Origin: Eledone cirrhosa
Taxonomy: Eukaryota
Direction: 5' to 3'
Assembly (NCBI GenBank): GCA_964016885.1
Contig: OZ024743.1
Span: forward strand, 137,020,001-137,084,000
DNA length: 64,000 bases
In this document: positions 62,101-64,000 of the stretch, piece after piece
How positions within the stretch are numbered: the first letter of the stretch is position 1
Layout: each line of letters opens with the position of its first letter
The notes under the pieces: generated by a model
Databases searched by the model: none
Told to the model about the DNA's origin: nothing
The model's input: only the letters and a program-made list of their open reading frames with translations
Position numbers and translations under genes: made by a program

Positions 62101-64000
62101 CCAAACACCAAACACTAAGCACCAAACACCAAACACCAACACCAAGCACCAAACACCAAACAACAAGCACCAGGCACCAAGCACCAAAAACCAAACACCA
62201 AGCACGCAGCATCAAACAGCAAGCACCAAGCACCAAGCACCAAACACCAAGCACCAAGCACCAAGCACCAAGTACCAAACACCAAACACCAAGCACCAAA
62301 CACCAAACACCAGGCACCAAGCACCAAGCACGAAACACCATGCACCAAGCACCAAGCACCAAACACCAAACACCAAGCACCAAAAACCAGCCACCAAGCA
62401 CCAAGCAGCAAACACCAAACACCAAGCACTAAGCACCAAAAACCAAACAACAAACACCAGGCACCAAGCACCAAAAACCAAACACCAAGCACGCAGCACC
62501 AAACTCCAAGCACCAAGCACCAAACACCAAGCACCAAGCACCAAGCACCAAACACCAAACACCAAACACCAAGCACCAAGAACCAACCACCAAACACCAA
62601 ACCCTAATCACCAAGCACCAAGCACAAAACACCAAGCACCAAGCAGCAAGCACCAAACACCAAGCACCAAGCACCAATCACCAAACACCAAGAACCAAGA
62701 ACCAAACACCAAGCACCAAGGACCAAGCACCAGGCACCAAGCACAAAGCACCAAACACAAAACACTAAGCACCAAACACAAAACACCAAGCACCAAGCAC
62801 CAAGCAGCAAACACCAAGCATCAAACACCAAACACCAAACACCAAGCACCAAACACCAAGCACCAAGCAGCAAACACCAAACACCAAGCACCAAGCACCA
62901 AGCACCAAACACCAAACACCAAGCACCAAACACCAAACACCAAGCACCAAGCACCAAACACCAAACAACAAGCACCAGGCACCAAGCATCAAGCACCAAA
63001 CACCAAACACCAAGCACCAAACACCAGCCACCAAGCACCAAGCAGCAAACACCAAACACCAAGCACTAAGCACCAAAAACCAAACAACAAACACCAGGCA
63101 CCAAGCACCAAAAACCAAACACCAAGCACGCAGCACCAAACACCAAGCACCAAGCACCAAACACCAAACACCAAACACCAAGCACCAAGAACCAAACACC
63201 AAACACCAAACCCTAATCACCAAGCACCAAGCACAAAACACCAAGCACCAAGCAGCAAGCACCAAACACCAAGCACCAAGCACCAAGCACCAAGCACCAA
63301 ACACCAAGCACCAAGCACCAAACACCAAACCCCAAGCACCAAAGACCAAGCACCAAGCACCAAGAACCAAACACCAAGCACCAAGCACCAAGCACCAAAC
63401 ACCAAGCACCAAGCACCAAACACCCAGCCCCAAGCACCAAGCACCAAACACCAAGCACCAAGCACCAAACACCAAACACCAAACACCAAGCACCAAGCAC
63501 CAAACAGCAAGCACCAAACACCAAACAGCAAACATCAAACAGCAAACACCAAACACCAAACAGCAAACAGCAAACGCCAAACACCAAGCACCAAGCACCA
63601 AGCAGCAAACACCAAGCACCAAGCACCAAGCACAAAACACCAAACACCTAGCACCAAGGACCAAACATCAAACACCAAGCACCAAGCACCTAGCACAAAG
63701 CACCGAACACCAAGCACCAAACACCAAACACCAAACACCAAGCACCAAACACCAAACACCAGGCACCAAGCACCAAACACCAAGCACCATGCACCAAACA
63801 CCAAGCACCAAGCACGAAGCACCAAACACCAAGCACCAAGCACCAAACACTTAACACCAAGCACCAAGCACCAAGCACCAAACACCAAGCACCAAACACT
63901 AAGCACCAAGCACCAAGTACATACACCAAGAACCAAACACAAAACACCAAGCACCAAGCAACAAGCATCAAACACCAAGCATCAAACACCATACACAAAG

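Larger units (their letters stand above)
1..64000 (+). repeat. Heptanucleotide tandem satellite array, consensus CACCAAR (CACCAAG/CACCAAA), single orientation, running to both window edges
   Basis: Every line parses into 7-bp units of CACCAAG or CACCAAA with scattered variants (CACTAAT, CAGCAAG, CACCAGG, CATCAAA, CCCCAAG and others). I saw no unique-sequence interruption longer than ~24 bp. The + strand consensus has no T. Confidence 0.99.
29925..64000 (+). repeat. Large tandem duplication: copy A ~29925-53140 (ancestral ~15.9 kb plus 7,327 bp of later nested duplications); copy B from ~53141 to beyond the window end
   Basis: Offsets 23,216 (30204/53420, 30740/53956, GATATC 31308/54524), 23,160 (33511/56671, 35250/58410), 23,174 (35897/59071, 36603/59777), then 15,847 (44464/60311, 44942/60789, 47688/63535). 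23,174 - 15,847 = 7,327 = 5,109 + 2,218. Confidence 0.93.

Noticed and set aside
2-63998. Hundreds of ORFs (LVLGAWC-type on -, TKHQAPS-type on +) as real genes, e.g. membrane or mucin-like proteins
   Set aside because: They overlap in all frames with the same peptide, start and stop at sporadic variant monomers, and have no unique domains. The homologous 603-aa ORF is split by a stop in copy B (~62112), showing no conservation.
1-64000. CRISPR array or other repeat-spacer system
   Set aside because: There are no unique spacers between repeats and no cas or other genes. Intervals between marker monomers are themselves made of the same heptamer.
1-64000. Canonical telomerase-made telomere tract
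   Set aside because: The motif matches no telomere repeat I know, and variants are inherited in multi-kb duplicated blocks. Isolated CCCTAAT or CCTTTAGG monomers are single variants, not tracts.
1-64000. Pure sequencing or low-complexity artefact
   Set aside because: Variant patterns are reproduced over kilobases with a consistent nested history and very few indels, which random base-calling noise would not produce. Individual near-perfect duplications still need read support.
1-64000. Strong G-quadruplex, i-motif or hairpin structures
   Set aside because: The minus strand has mostly GG doublets with 5-nt spacing (GGGG only in scattered CCCCAAR variants), allowing at best weak two-tier G4. 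The near absence of T and scarcity of G on + precludes extended inverted repeats.
1-64000. Bacterial heptamer repeats such as cyanobacterial STRR or contingency loci
   Set aside because: Those are short tracts adjacent to genes. Here 64 kb contains no gene or unique sequence.
1-64000. A single fixed-length higher-order repeat or a deliberate code in the G/A string
   Set aside because: Duplication units vary from ~0.36 to ~15.9 kb, and marker spacing (e.g. CACTAAT) is irregular. The pattern is explained by nested duplication, with no evidence of a reading mechanism.

Overview
The whole 64 kb window is one uninterrupted, single-orientation tandem array of a 7-bp monomer, CACCAAR (two co-dominant forms, CACCAAG and CACCAAA; reverse strand YTTGGTG), about 9,100 monomers (64,000/7). 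I found no genes, RNA genes, transposons, CRISPR arrays or inversions. The hundreds of ORFs are artefacts: a stop-free 7-mer yields the same heptapeptide in all three frames of a strand (TKHQ[AT]P[SN] on +, LV[LF]G[AV]WC on -). The information lies in the variant monomers, which act as markers for a nested hierarchy of tandem duplications: about 0.36-0.39, 1.1, 1.69, 2.22, 2.4, 2.5, 2.7, 3.6, 4.8 and 5.11 kb, plus a ~15.9 kb unit whose first copy later grew by 7,327 bp. Part of this history can be ordered in time. Other signals are strict 7-bp phase keeping, repeated CpG>TpG decay of rare CpG-bearing variants, short G/A runs at the dimorphic position, regional marker zonation and one small poly-A island at ~13.46 kb. 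The most likely identity is a eukaryotic heterochromatic (pericentromeric, centromeric or subtelomeric) simple satellite with emerging higher-order repeats. Host and function cannot be determined from this sequence. Duplication offsets come from matching ORF-track coordinates and rare marker motifs by eye; breakpoints are approximate unless stated.
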